Shown: one piece after another, positions 30,093 through 40,198 of the stretch
How the letters are laid out: each line of letters begins with the position of its first letter
Numbering within the stretch: the stretch's first letter is position 1
DNA from: Methanomethylovorans hollandica DSM 15978
GTDB taxonomy: Archaea; Halobacteriota; Methanosarcinia; Methanosarcinales; Methanosarcinaceae
DNA length: 64,000 nt
Assembly (NCBI RefSeq): GCF_000328665.1
Contig: NC_019977.1
Coordinates: 1,728,011 to 1,792,010, forward strand
Direction of reading: 5' to 3'
Notes under the pieces: model-generated
The model's input: only the letters and a program-made list of their open reading frames with translations
Told to the model about the DNA's origin: nothing
Database searches by the model: none
Position numbers and translations under genes: made by a program

Positions 30093-30281
30093 GTTTGATC
30101 ATGATAGAATAGCAATCCATGTTATTTAAAGTTATCTCCTAAATATAACGATTAATAATTGCCATTAACTTATATGTAGATTGCTGGCGCTATTCATCTG
30201 CCCATAACACAATAAACAAGACCCTCTAATCCATATATCGGCAGATTTTTAGTCCTTCCACAGCATAGATAGATATGTAAT

Positions 30282-30719
30282 ATGAATGGAGTGATCACAG
30301 TGCAAGAAACAATTACACCTTTTATGGAACTATTGTCAAAGGATAGATTTTCAGCTTATTGCAATATGGAAGTGCTTGAGGTCAGTCCAGGATACGCAAA
30401 AGCTCGTATGCTTATAGCAGATGAGCATCTGAATGCTTTTGGCACTGTGCACGGTGGAGCGATATTCACTCTTGCAGATCTGGCATTCGGTAGTGCATCA
30501 AATGCTCATGGCCGGGTGTCAGTGGCGATAAATTGTTCAATAGCTTTTGTGAAAGCTGCCAAAAAAGGATATCTGACCGCGGAGGCAAGGGAAGTATCAA
30601 TAGGTCACAAACTGGCTACCTATGTAATTACTGTAACAGATGAGGAGAATGAAATTATAGCAAGCTTTCAGGGTACTGTGTACAGAAAAAATGAAACAAT
30701 AGAAGGCCTGATAGCTTAA
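30282..30719 (+). CDS. PaaI-type hotdog thioesterase
   Basis: HLNAFGTVHGGAIFTLAD. Confidence 0.92.
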   Translation: MNGVITVQETITPFMELLSKDRFSAYCNMEVLEVSPGYAKARMLIADEHLNAFGTVHGGAIFTLADLAFGSASNAHGRVSVAINCSIAFVKAAKKGYLTAEAREVSIGHKLATYVITVTDEENEIIASFQGTVYRKNETIEGLIA

Positions 30720-30802
30720 TCTGGCCTTATATCAGGACCATAAAAGACGATACATGTGGTTTTCCTTCACGATACATACCTACGGAACCACCCGAATCGT
30801 CC

Positions 30803-31651
30803 TTATTTCAATTCCCGGGGTTGTTTCTTATCAGGAAGCACCGGAAGCTGCATGGTATTTACCAGTATAGGACTATCCACTTCTTTGGCACGTTCAAGTA
30901 ACAGCTCTTTACCTTTTTGTGTTAATGCGAACAGAGGCACTGCCGTCCCTACCTGTGCTATTGGCTTTATGATCTCTCGCAGGTTCCTGGACGCACATGC
31001 TGTTACAATATCAGTATATTTCAGCAGCTCAGAAGCGTGTTCTTTTGTCAGGCCCGTAGTATGGGCAGCTATAATACAAACATCCAAACCTTGTGCACTC
31101 TCTATCTCCCTTAACTTCGAAGCTGTCAGAGCATCGATAACAGAAACAGCTACCTTCTTGTAACCAATTTGTGCAGCCTTTTGAAGACCTTGAACCGGAT
31201 CGATGCTTGCATGCTGCGGATCAAGTACTATGCCATTCCTTTGTTCAATGCCTGCTATGACCTCAGGGATCGGTTCGGTCTCCACAAGCCCGGAGATCCT
31301 TGCCCCCATACCCTGCACAAGTCTTGGATTAGCAGTAATGACAGTTCCTGCACCATCACATACAGTGACCGTTGCATCGAGCATGCCTCTGTTAAGACCA
31401 GTCATCATCACTTCAGAAGCCCCAAAACCTACGAAGACATCCATGTCAAGTTTTCTTTGCGGAGTGAACAGACCAAAGTCCCGGATACGGAACTCCATGT
31501 TCTTCCTAATTTCTTCAGAGTTGATATGTTTTATACCCCTGGCCTTTTCAAAGAGTGGACACCAGTCTAACTGTGGTTCTCCTACTTCTGTGACCTTGCC
31601 ATCCTTTACAACTACCCGTGCCATCCCAAGGATTTCCATTACATGCACCAT
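30803..31651 (-). CDS. Methanogenesis marker 8 protein (DUF2099)
   Basis: HVME, WCPLF, FGASE, VCDGAGTV, QGMGARISGL, HTTG, TACAS. Confidence 0.88.
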   Translation of the reverse strand: MVHVMEILGMARVVVKDGKVTEVGEPQLDWCPLFEKARGIKHINSEEIRKNMEFRIRDFGLFTPQRKLDMDVFVGFGASEVMMTGLNRGMLDATVTVCDGAGTVITANPRLVQGMGARISGLVETEPIPEVIAGIEQRNGIVLDPQHASIDPVQGLQKAAQIGYKKVAVSVIDALTASKLREIESAQGLDVCIIAAHTTGLTKEHASELLKYTDIVTACASRNLREIIKPIAQVGTAVPLFALTQKGKELLLERAKEVDSPILVNTMQLPVLPDKKQPRELK

Positions 31652-31695
31652 TATATCACCTTATTTGCTTTCGATTTGAATACTGGAACTAAAGA

Positions 31696-32997
31696 TCAAA
31701 GAGCGTTACGCCTGTCAATGACCTTCTTAGACTTACCTTCCGTACGGGGTATGGAACCTTTTTCAGCCAGTTCCACATTCGTACGTATGTTCAGAACGCT
31801 TTGAAGCTCATCTTCCACGTGTTTTTGCAGTTCGGCCAAATCACGCAGCTCGCCTGTAAAAGCGTTTTCCGTAATTTCCACTTTTACAGTGATCTCATCC
31901 AGCATCTTTTTATTCCTGTCCAGGATGACCTGAAAATGCTCTGTTATCTCCGGGATCTTCACAACTACGTCCTCTATCTGTGAGGGGAAGACATTGATGC
32001 CTCTGACGATGAGCATATCATCAGCTCTGCCCAGCAATCTTGAGATCCGCACAGTTGTCCGCCCACATGAACATTCGCTTTCCAGCAAACGTGTGATGTC
32101 TCCGGTCCTGTATCTGACAATTGGGAATGCCTCTTTGGTAAGAGATGTCAGCACCAGTTCTCCTTTTTCTCCTTCAGATACCTGCTCTCCATTTTCGTCA
32201 AGCACTTCCACAAAGAAATGATCGCTCCAAAGGTGCAATCCATCCTGCTCCTCACACTCAAAAGCCACACCCGGACCCATGACCTCGGATAGCCCATAGG
32301 AATCATATGCTTTGATGTTCAGTATTTTTTCAAGCTGTTTTCGCGTGTTCGATGACCAAGGTTCTGCACCGAAACATCCTACGCGCAGGGATAATTTATC
32401 AACTATATCCATCTCCCTGGCAGTCTCAGCTAGATAAAGGGCATAAGAAGGAGTACAATGCAATGCCGTTACTCCAAAATCTATCATCATCTCAAGCTGG
32501 CGTGTGGTACTACCCGTGCCGCTTGGAACGATCATGGCACCTATCTTTTCCACACCGTAATGGAACCCAAGCCCGCCAGTAAAAAGACCATAGTTCACTG
32601 CATTCTGGAATACATCGTCCTTGCCAAGACCTACCATTGTCAGATTGCGGGCCAAAAGATCCGACCAGGTTTCCAGATCATTTTTAGTATAGCCCACAAC
32701 AGTGGGTTTACCACTTGTACCGGAAGAAGCGTGGATCCTCACTACCTCGCTCTTCGGTACTGCAAAAAGGCCAAAAGGATAGTTATCCCGCAGATCAGCT
32801 TTATAGGTGAAAGGCAGATTTTTCAGATCATCCAGAGATCGGATATCTTCCGGCCTTATACCGGCCTCTTTGAACCTGCGGGCATAGAAAGGAACATTGT
32901 TATAAGTTGCAGCCACTGTTTTTTTTAACCGAGTTAGCTGTAATTCCTTGAGTTCTGCATGACCCATGGTCTCATATTTTGGCTGCCAGTATTTCAT
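31696..32997 (-). CDS. paaK: Phenylacetate-CoA ligase family protein
   Basis: HASSGTSGKPT, YGLFTGGLG, GAEPWS, YGLSEV, RYRTGD, GRADDM, GINVFPSQIE. Confidence 0.93.
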   Translation of the reverse strand: MKYWQPKYETMGHAELKELQLTRLKKTVAATYNNVPFYARRFKEAGIRPEDIRSLDDLKNLPFTYKADLRDNYPFGLFAVPKSEVVRIHASSGTSGKPTVVGYTKNDLETWSDLLARNLTMVGLGKDDVFQNAVNYGLFTGGLGFHYGVEKIGAMIVPSGTGSTTRQLEMMIDFGVTALHCTPSYALYLAETAREMDIVDKLSLRVGCFGAEPWSSNTRKQLEKILNIKAYDSYGLSEVMGPGVAFECEEQDGLHLWSDHFFVEVLDENGEQVSEGEKGELVLTSLTKEAFPIVRYRTGDITRLLESECSCGRTTVRISRLLGRADDMLIVRGINVFPSQIEDVVVKIPEITEHFQVILDRNKKMLDEITVKVEITENAFTGELRDLAELQKHVEDELQSVLNIRTNVELAEKGSIPRTEGKSKKVIDRRNAL

Positions 32998-33238
32998 GTA
33001 ACTATCTCCTAATGTTCATTCCTCATGGGTTTGAACACTTATATTATTTACTGCAATTTCCACTTTCGATATCAGTAAATAATAATCAAGAAACAGTTAT
33101 TTGTTAAAAAGGAAACGCTTTGGGCATTCCCTTCCGCACCATGTACGTACCACTTCAGGACATGTACAGAATTCCCTTTTTTGTGCCATAATACTTACAT
33201 GTGTGTACACAGTATTATTATATTAAAAATAGGATAAT

Positions 33239-34531
33239 ATGTACAAACACGAAAAACGGTTACTTAGGTCAATCTTTCTTATTTTGACGGTGTTGTCCAT
33301 AACAAATATTTCTCCAGTACCCGGCGGCTGGAACCAGACTATCACCGATATGGATGTTACATATGAGGTTTCACCAGACGGAAAGAACATACATGTACTC
33401 AGACAGGTCACGTTTGAAAACCGGGATGAGGACACCAGGTTCTGGAGGGGATACTATTCAAGCTTCAATTATTACTTCCCTCAAAATGCAAGCAACATCT
33501 GTGCCTATGAGAAAGAGAGCAGTGATAACCTTACCTGGAGTCTTAGCTCCTATGGATACTACACTTTCTGCCTGAATAAAAAAGTATGGTATGGAGATTC
33601 CTATGCTTTTTACGTTGCATATGATCTTCCACGTAACAGCAACACTGTAGTGTTCAACATAGTGGAATATGGTAACAGGACAAAGGTAGTACTGCGAATA
33701 CCCCAATACTATGAAACTGATATCGAAAGAAAGGATTATCATATGCTTGAACAGAAAGAATTCACTGAATTCGTATTCCAAAAAGGTACTACCTGGAAGA
33801 ATCCATGTCAGGTAACCTGTGTGAATCACACGGATATGTATGAGATCAAAGGTGTTGCCCATCTAAGTGAAAAAGAAGTGGGAATAACTGTCAGGTTCTG
33901 GGAAGGTGAAGATGCCTGGGGAGCTCATGTTCTGGATGCGACCGTGAAAAATCTGCTGTTGCTTGAAAATGTCACTGGGTTCTCATATCCCCCACAATAT
34001 AATGTCACTATAATACAGGCAAGCGTGGAAGATACTCAAGGCTACGGCGGCTTTAATAAGGGAAGTAAAGGCATTTATCTTCTCCATACTTCCAGCGATG
34101 CCATCCTGATACATGAGCTTGCTCATTATTGGACGCAAGAATGCAGTTTTTCACACATCTGGATGGATGAGGGGCATGCAGACCTGTATACGTATCTCGT
34201 TCTGACAAAAACAAACCCAGATGTTGCTGTAAAAAGGAAAGATAGGACTTTAGAAACGTATCAAAAGCTTGAAAGAAAGTATGACATATCCCTGTCTGCA
34301 TGGGAAACTGCCGATAGCTTTGATTCAACTAATAAAGATGCCATCCTGTTCGGCTATAGTAAAGCTTTCACTGTGATCTATTTGATGTACGAGGAACTGG
34401 GATCAGATACAATGCAGACTGGCTGGCAATGCTTAAGCGAGCTTGACCATGAGGTTGATGAGCAATGTTTCATCCAGGTTATGCAAGAAGCATCTGATAA
34501 GGATCTGTCATATATTGAAGAATTCCTGTGA
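33239..34531 (+). CDS. Secreted gluzincin-type metallopeptidase (M1/MA-like)
   Basis: N-terminal hydrophobic signal; LIHELAHYW...WMDEGHA. Confidence 0.72.
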   Translation: MYKHEKRLLRSIFLILTVLSITNISPVPGGWNQTITDMDVTYEVSPDGKNIHVLRQVTFENRDEDTRFWRGYYSSFNYYFPQNASNICAYEKESSDNLTWSLSSYGYYTFCLNKKVWYGDSYAFYVAYDLPRNSNTVVFNIVEYGNRTKVVLRIPQYYETDIERKDYHMLEQKEFTEFVFQKGTTWKNPCQVTCVNHTDMYEIKGVAHLSEKEVGITVRFWEGEDAWGAHVLDATVKNLLLLENVTGFSYPPQYNVTIIQASVEDTQGYGGFNKGSKGIYLLHTSSDAILIHELAHYWTQECSFSHIWMDEGHADLYTYLVLTKTNPDVAVKRKDRTLETYQKLERKYDISLSAWETADSFDSTNKDAILFGYSKAFTVIYLMYEELGSDTMQTGWQCLSELDHEVDEQCFIQVMQEASDKDLSYIEEFL

Positions 34532-34750
34532 AAACTCGGACAATTAGAAAGAAACTGGCATTGAAAGATATACCATAAAGATCCAGTTTCTTTCATTATT
34601 TATCTTTTATTTTATCTGCCATCTGTTCTTTCAGTTTTCACTTATATAGTATTTTATTAACACATCATTTTCTTTATTTCTCAATTATTTTTACTTATTC
34701 TAGCTTAAAGTAATATCTAAGTTCATCCATATGATGTCAGGAGTGAGATA

Positions 34751-35221
34751 ATGGCTGATATTCCGGATAAAGAAGATACTGATCTGCTGATCACGGATTG
34801 GGAAAGGAAGCAATTTCTTGCAGCATTACACAACCGCCTTTTCTGGGTGGGAGAAAAAATACCTTATTTTGTTGAAATGGAAGGTAAAAAATGCAAGCTG
34901 CATGACAGGGTCTGGGAACTGATCAACAAGGAAACAATATCAGATGATGAAAAACAGGAGATTGAAGAATGTATTCAACTGTTAAAGAAAAAGGAACTCA
35001 TAGATGAACTGGAGCTGGAAACTAAAGAAATGACCCGGGAAGAAGCAAAAGGACTGTTCGATGAAACTGCCGGGTTGTTACGTGCAATAATGGACCTTCG
35101 GGAGATCGAGGAAGGCATCTCAAAAGAAAAAGAAAAAAAATTCCATGAAATGTTTTCAACACAACGCACTGAAGAGATACGCAGATGGTTGAATTTCTTA
35201 AAGGATGCCGGAAAGGTATGA
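34751..35221 (+). CDS. Conserved archaeal coiled-coil protein (DUF5788-like)
   Basis: ERKQFL..L...VGEKIP, GLLRA..DL, RRWLNFLK. Confidence 0.7.
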   Translation: MADIPDKEDTDLLITDWERKQFLAALHNRLFWVGEKIPYFVEMEGKKCKLHDRVWELINKETISDDEKQEIEECIQLLKKKELIDELELETKEMTREEAKGLFDETAGLLRAIMDLREIEEGISKEKEKKFHEMFSTQRTEEIRRWLNFLKDAGKV

Positions 35222-35658
35222 GCTCCAATCTGGTTGATTCATATGAGAAATCAGCAAATTGGTATAAATTATTGTATGTGAGATACAAATCTTTTGTTGA
35301 ATTACCTTAGACGCTCTTGACAAAGTGTCCTTAGACGAGGAAGACCCTGAATGGTATGCCTGGTTCTCAGGACCGGATCAAGAAATGTGAATCAAGAAAT
35401 GGATAATTTCATTTGATCGATACCATTGATAATTATAGAGGTGCTTATCACCATTACCACTATATTCATTCCATTGACCTCTCTTAGGGGCGTATGCGGA
35501 TGAACTTTCAATATATTTAAGAAATTACATGGAAAAGGGGATATCCGTTCCTCTGATTCATCACGAGAACAATAGATTTCCATGCTCTTCTATTTCCGAA
35601 AGAAGAAATAGTTATAAACTATAAAATACTTCTTTTATATTATTTTATAGGAATTATT

Positions 35659-36369
35659 ATGCTCGGCTCATATAGATCTCCTTTTAACATGGAAATAGAA
35701 GGCGTTTCCTTATCAGTGGAAAAACATGAAGATTCTCTCATATATCGCAGATGGGGAAATCTGGGAAGCACAGAAAGATTACTGTTGAAGGGTCCATGTA
35801 ATTTCTTACTCAATCCCATTGAACCGGTCAATATGCCTAAAAGGCTCACTCATTTTTTACTGGTGAACTTTAAACAGACGTTGATAATTGAACCGGGCAC
35901 CACAAAGAAAGTTTACATCACTTTCCCTATAGAACTGGGAGTTTTCGTATCCCAGGGAAGAGAGGACTTTGAGATTATAGATATCTTTTCTTTTGCACGG
36001 TTAAAGTACACTCTGTACGGTGCTCCAAGTAATGGGATCATCTGCAGGTACTGGGAAAGTGATGCATCCCTTTCTCCTCCGGACACGGATCCCTGGCATA
36101 CGGGTTACATAGACCTGAGGATTGTGAATGATACTGAACACATGACAGAGATCAGCAAGTCTTTGTTCAACGCCTATGCTATGAAGATCTACTATGAAGA
36201 AAATAAAGTTGTAATGAAAGCGGTCATGAAGGTCCAAAGCCGAAAATTAGCGGAAACGGAGTTCATTCACTGTCCTGGAAAAGGCAGGTTCAAAAAGGCC
36301 ATGGAACTCTACGTATCATCGAAACTAAGGGTAAGCGGCAGCAAATGCGTTATGGAGTACGGACTATGA
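35659..36369 (+). CDS. DUF432 family protein
   Basis: NPIEPVNMP, FPIELGVF, KYTLYG, GIICRY; typical MscS partner. Confidence 0.8.
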   Translation: MLGSYRSPFNMEIEGVSLSVEKHEDSLIYRRWGNLGSTERLLLKGPCNFLLNPIEPVNMPKRLTHFLLVNFKQTLIIEPGTTKKVYITFPIELGVFVSQGREDFEIIDIFSFARLKYTLYGAPSNGIICRYWESDASLSPPDTDPWHTGYIDLRIVNDTEHMTEISKSLFNAYAMKIYYEENKVVMKAVMKVQSRKLAETEFIHCPGKGRFKKAMELYVSSKLRVSGSKCVMEYGL

Positions 36370-37241
36370 ACATCACGCTGCATGATGCTGTATCAGTTTC
36401 ATTATCCGACTATTCCATTCTCTTTTTAAGGATCACTTTTGTAGCTGCAATCGTGGTCATATCTATGATCACTGGAAAAATACTGTATATATACCTCATG
36501 AGGAGGCTGCAGGACAAAATGGACAGGAAACAACTGAGCATGCTGCTCAAACTTATGCGCTATAGTTTCATTTTCCTTGTCACTGTCTTTTTCATACTCC
36601 CGTTCATGGGAGTAGAGCTTTCAAGCCTGCTGGTTGCCGGAGGGGTGCTGGGTATCATTCTGGGTATTGCAGGCCAGAGCATTGTTGCGAATCTGATCTC
36701 AGGAATCTTCCTGACCCTTGAAAGACCTATTAAGATAGGAGACCAGGTGAACATAGATAATAATGCAGGAGTTGTTGAAGACATAACTTTTGTTTCCACC
36801 ATCATCAGAACCTTTGATGGACTGTATGTGCGCGTGCCCAACGATAAGGTCTTTCTCAATAACATCACCAATTTCGCTGCCAATGTAGCAAGAAGATTTG
36901 AGTATTCCATAAGGATAACATATGAAAGTGATGCTGACGAAGCCATTGGGATAATCAAAGGCATAATAGATGATGACCCAATAGCTTTTAAAAATCCGAC
37001 TCCTACGGTCTTTGTGGATAAGCTGGAAGATAACGGAGTCAATATCTTCGTAAGGATTTGGGCCCCATCCACTGAATGGTATTCTGTCAAAACCAGACTG
37101 TTGTGGATAATTAAAAAGTCACTTGAAGAGAATGGCATCAGGATAGCTCTGCCACAGCGCACTCTCTGGTTCGCCAACAGAATACCGGCAAATGAGATAG
37201 AAAGTTCAGAGAACGATTGTTCTATTTTTTCACATTATTGA
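36366..37241 (+). CDS. mscS: Small-conductance mechanosensitive channel
   Basis: GIAGQSIVANLISG, RPIKIGD, GVVEDI, VRVPN, IALPQR. Confidence 0.92.
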   Translation: MNITLHDAVSVSLSDYSILFLRITFVAAIVVISMITGKILYIYLMRRLQDKMDRKQLSMLLKLMRYSFIFLVTVFFILPFMGVELSSLLVAGGVLGIILGIAGQSIVANLISGIFLTLERPIKIGDQVNIDNNAGVVEDITFVSTIIRTFDGLYVRVPNDKVFLNNITNFAANVARRFEYSIRITYESDADEAIGIIKGIIDDDPIAFKNPTPTVFVDKLEDNGVNIFVRIWAPSTEWYSVKTRLLWIIKKSLEENGIRIALPQRTLWFANRIPANEIESSENDCSIFSHY

Positions 37242-37562
37242 TGACAATTAAGCATACTTTTTTAGATTATAGAAATGGAAATAGAGATGTCTTATATGGT
37301 TATAATAACGTGAGTATTCATTTTTTTTTGTTTATTGCAGTCTGCGATCTTCTCTGGACTTACTATCGGCTTGTTCGGTCTGAGCAGACTTCGGCTTGAA
37401 GTAGAAGCTGAACTTAATAACTCATTTGCTGTGAAGTTATTTTTCTAAAACATATTTCCATATTATCCGGTCATTCTCAGTGGATAAAATGTAATAAAAT
37501 GTATATACTCTTAAGATAATACTATTTTTGAAGATAGTAAATATTGAAGGAGAGATAAATAT

Positions 37563-40145
37563 ATGAAAATTAAGATATTCATAGTTACTCTGCTTTGCCT
37601 GGGCCTGTTATCCACTACGGCCCTGGCAGCAAATAATTCAACAGGTAACAGGATATGGGATGCTGCCCAGGAGCCCGCGCTGGAATACACCTGGTCACCC
37701 CTTAGTTATTCGGGTTTCTATTATGACCTGGACTCAGGCGAAGGCTCTGAAACGCTGACTGTTAAACTGGACAGCTATTCGGACAGGTCTATTGAAGAGA
37801 ATGACCTGACATATTCCACAAGACCGATAGAAACTGGTTTTGAGCGTAGTGAATGGGGTTCTTTCCAGATAATCGGTTTCATGGCAGAACGATACTTTGC
37901 GGGGTATTCTGGTAATACGGACTTTACAAGAGATGTCAGTCTGATAGCTGATGGGCAGCTTGCAAAGGTCCTCATAAATGAGGATGACGAAAAATCATTG
38001 TTCACAGGTTCATCACTGATCCTGGAAGAAGGATATGTGCTGGACATAACAGAGATCGATCTTAATGGTAACAAAGTGTTCGTCACCCTGAAGAAAAATG
38101 GCGTGCAGGTAGATAGCACCGTCATAGCCTCTAATCAGGATTACATTTATAAGACGAGAGTAGGTTCCACAGACGATTTCCCCCTTATAGTCGTGCATCT
38201 CGAGAACATATTCAGAGGAACTGAAACCAATGCAGTGTTTGTAAGGGGTGTCTTCCAGGTCTCTGACGAGTATATATCTGTACAGGGCAGTGACAACTAT
38301 GGGAGAATGAGAGTAAGGACAGTGAGCGATGCACAGATCACAATGTCAAATCCCGATGTCATAAACCTAAACGCAGGCAAGACCATTAACATAATGGGAA
38401 AACTGAATTTTGTTGTTGCCGACGATAGAGTTCTGCGTTTTGCCCCTGTTGTAGACATGACAGAGCCGGGAACATACGAGTTGCGTGGTACAGTTGCAGA
38501 CGGACCTTTTAACTGGACCGCACTGAATTTTGAAGGTTTCTACTACAACATTGATGAAGGCATAGGTACGGAATCACTGAAAGCAACAGCCTTGAGAGGA
38601 CGGACAATACCTACTGGCAACCTCGTATATTCCACAACAGCTCAGCAGGTCAGCTTTGACCACAGTGCCTGGGGAAAGTTCGAAGTGATAGGCTTCCTTG
38701 CACATAAGTACTTTGCAGGCTATCCGGACAATGCATTCACCAGTTCTGTAAGCATGGTCTCCCAAGGTCAGCTTTCCAAAGTGCTTATAGATAACGATGA
38801 TAAGAAATCGGCCTCTCCTGGATCATCTCTGGTACTCGAGGAAGGATATGTGCTTGATGTGGTTGAAGTAGACCTTAATGGTAACAGGGTGCTTGTCTCA
38901 CTCACACAGAATGGCCAGGAAGTAGACACTGGTATCCTTTCATCCAACACAGACTATGTATACAAAACTGATATTGGCTCCTCTGATGATGTACCCCAGA
39001 TAGTCGTCCATTTCGATCAGATATTCCAGGGACGTGAATTCGATGCTATCTTTGTACAGGGTATTTTCCAGGTATCCGAGGACTACATTACCCTTGAGGG
39101 TTCTGACAGGTTTGGCAGAATGGAGGTTTCCGGCATCTCTGAAAACGGTATAACTCTCAGGAACAGGAATTCCATCTCACTAACCAAAGACACTGTGATC
39201 TCTGTAATGGATGACATCTCAATAAAAGTGGCAGATTCGGACACTTTGAGATACTATCCGTTTGTGCTGACCACAACATCCTCAACCCAACAATTGTCCA
39301 TAGAAATGCCTGAAACGATCATAGCAGGAACAGCAGTGGACATAAAAGTGACTTCCCAGGGTGCAGCTGTGGAAGGTGCGGTCGTGAAGCTCAACAACGT
39401 GCAGAGAGGAACTACATCTAACGAAGGTATACTTTCTGTGACCTTGGGCGAGACCGGAACTTTCAAAGTGACTGCGGAAAAGGAAGGTTCTGTCACTGGT
39501 GCTCTGGATGTTGAGGTAATATCTGCAGATGATGCCACAAGAAAAATGGAAATAGAGATCAATCCAGAAACCGTGTTCGCAGGAGATGGGATAACAATAT
39601 CTGTAAAGAAGGCCATCGGTGGCGAACCTGTGAGAGGGGGAGCACTGTTCTATGATGGTACCGCCATAGGTAACACTTCTGCAGAGGGTATGCTCACATA
39701 CACACCAAGGGATGCAGGTATACACAAGATCAGAGTTGAAGCGGATGATCTGCTTCCGGCAGAGATTACCTTTGAGGTCGAAGCTGCAGAAAACATGTTC
39801 ACATATTCTGATCTGATCATTGAGCCGGCTTCAGTGGAACAGGGCAAGGAAGCGACCGTCAGTGTCAATGTCGCCAATACTGGCACCTCTGCAGGCGAGG
39901 TAAGAGTGGAACTGTTGGTGAACAATAATGTAACGGACGCACAGAACGTCTCTCTTACAGCAGGTGAAGAAAAGACTGTGAAGTTCACTGCAACCGCAGA
40001 CCAGCCTGGTACCGTCGATGTGCAGATAGGCAACCAGCAGGGCTCATTTGACGTAACGCAGAAGACTCCTTTTGTGGGAATAGTTGCAGCAATAGCCATA
40101 GTGGCAATGGTTGCTGTATTCAGGAACCGCAGAAACAAAGAATAA
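37563..40145 (+). CDS. S-layer family protein (tandem DUF1608 domains + Ig-like/CARDB domains + C-terminal TM anchor)
   Basis: Signal peptide; two repeats of W....F/YxGFYY.(L/I)D.G.G.E.L and VIGF.A.KYFAGY; C-terminal TPF-TM-RNRRNKE. Confidence 0.88.
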   Translation: MKIKIFIVTLLCLGLLSTTALAANNSTGNRIWDAAQEPALEYTWSPLSYSGFYYDLDSGEGSETLTVKLDSYSDRSIEENDLTYSTRPIETGFERSEWGSFQIIGFMAERYFAGYSGNTDFTRDVSLIADGQLAKVLINEDDEKSLFTGSSLILEEGYVLDITEIDLNGNKVFVTLKKNGVQVDSTVIASNQDYIYKTRVGSTDDFPLIVVHLENIFRGTETNAVFVRGVFQVSDEYISVQGSDNYGRMRVRTVSDAQITMSNPDVINLNAGKTINIMGKLNFVVADDRVLRFAPVVDMTEPGTYELRGTVADGPFNWTALNFEGFYYNIDEGIGTESLKATALRGRTIPTGNLVYSTTAQQVSFDHSAWGKFEVIGFLAHKYFAGYPDNAFTSSVSMVSQGQLSKVLIDNDDKKSASPGSSLVLEEGYVLDVVEVDLNGNRVLVSLTQNGQEVDTGILSSNTDYVYKTDIGSSDDVPQIVVHFDQIFQGREFDAIFVQGIFQVSEDYITLEGSDRFGRMEVSGISENGITLRNRNSISLTKDTVISVMDDISIKVADSDTLRYYPFVLTTTSSTQQLSIEMPETIIAGTAVDIKVTSQGAAVEGAVVKLNNVQRGTTSNEGILSVTLGETGTFKVTAEKEGSVTGALDVEVISADDATRKMEIEINPETVFAGDGITISVKKAIGGEPVRGGALFYDGTAIGNTSAEGMLTYTPRDAGIHKIRVEADDLLPAEITFEVEAAENMFTYSDLIIEPASVEQGKEATVSVNVANTGTSAGEVRVELLVNNNVTDAQNVSLTAGEEKTVKFTATADQPGTVDVQIGNQQGSFDVTQKTPFVGIVAAIAIVAMVAVFRNRRNKE

Positions 40146-40198
40146 GTTAGTGAGTGAGGATAATACAATCCTCACTTTCTCTTTTTTTTACTGATCGT

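Noticed and set aside
35218..35600. Short ORF with two in-frame TAG codons (CCTTAGACG twice), considered as pyrrolysine read-through
   Set aside because: The read-through product resembles nothing recognisable; the region looks like an unidentifiable decayed gene
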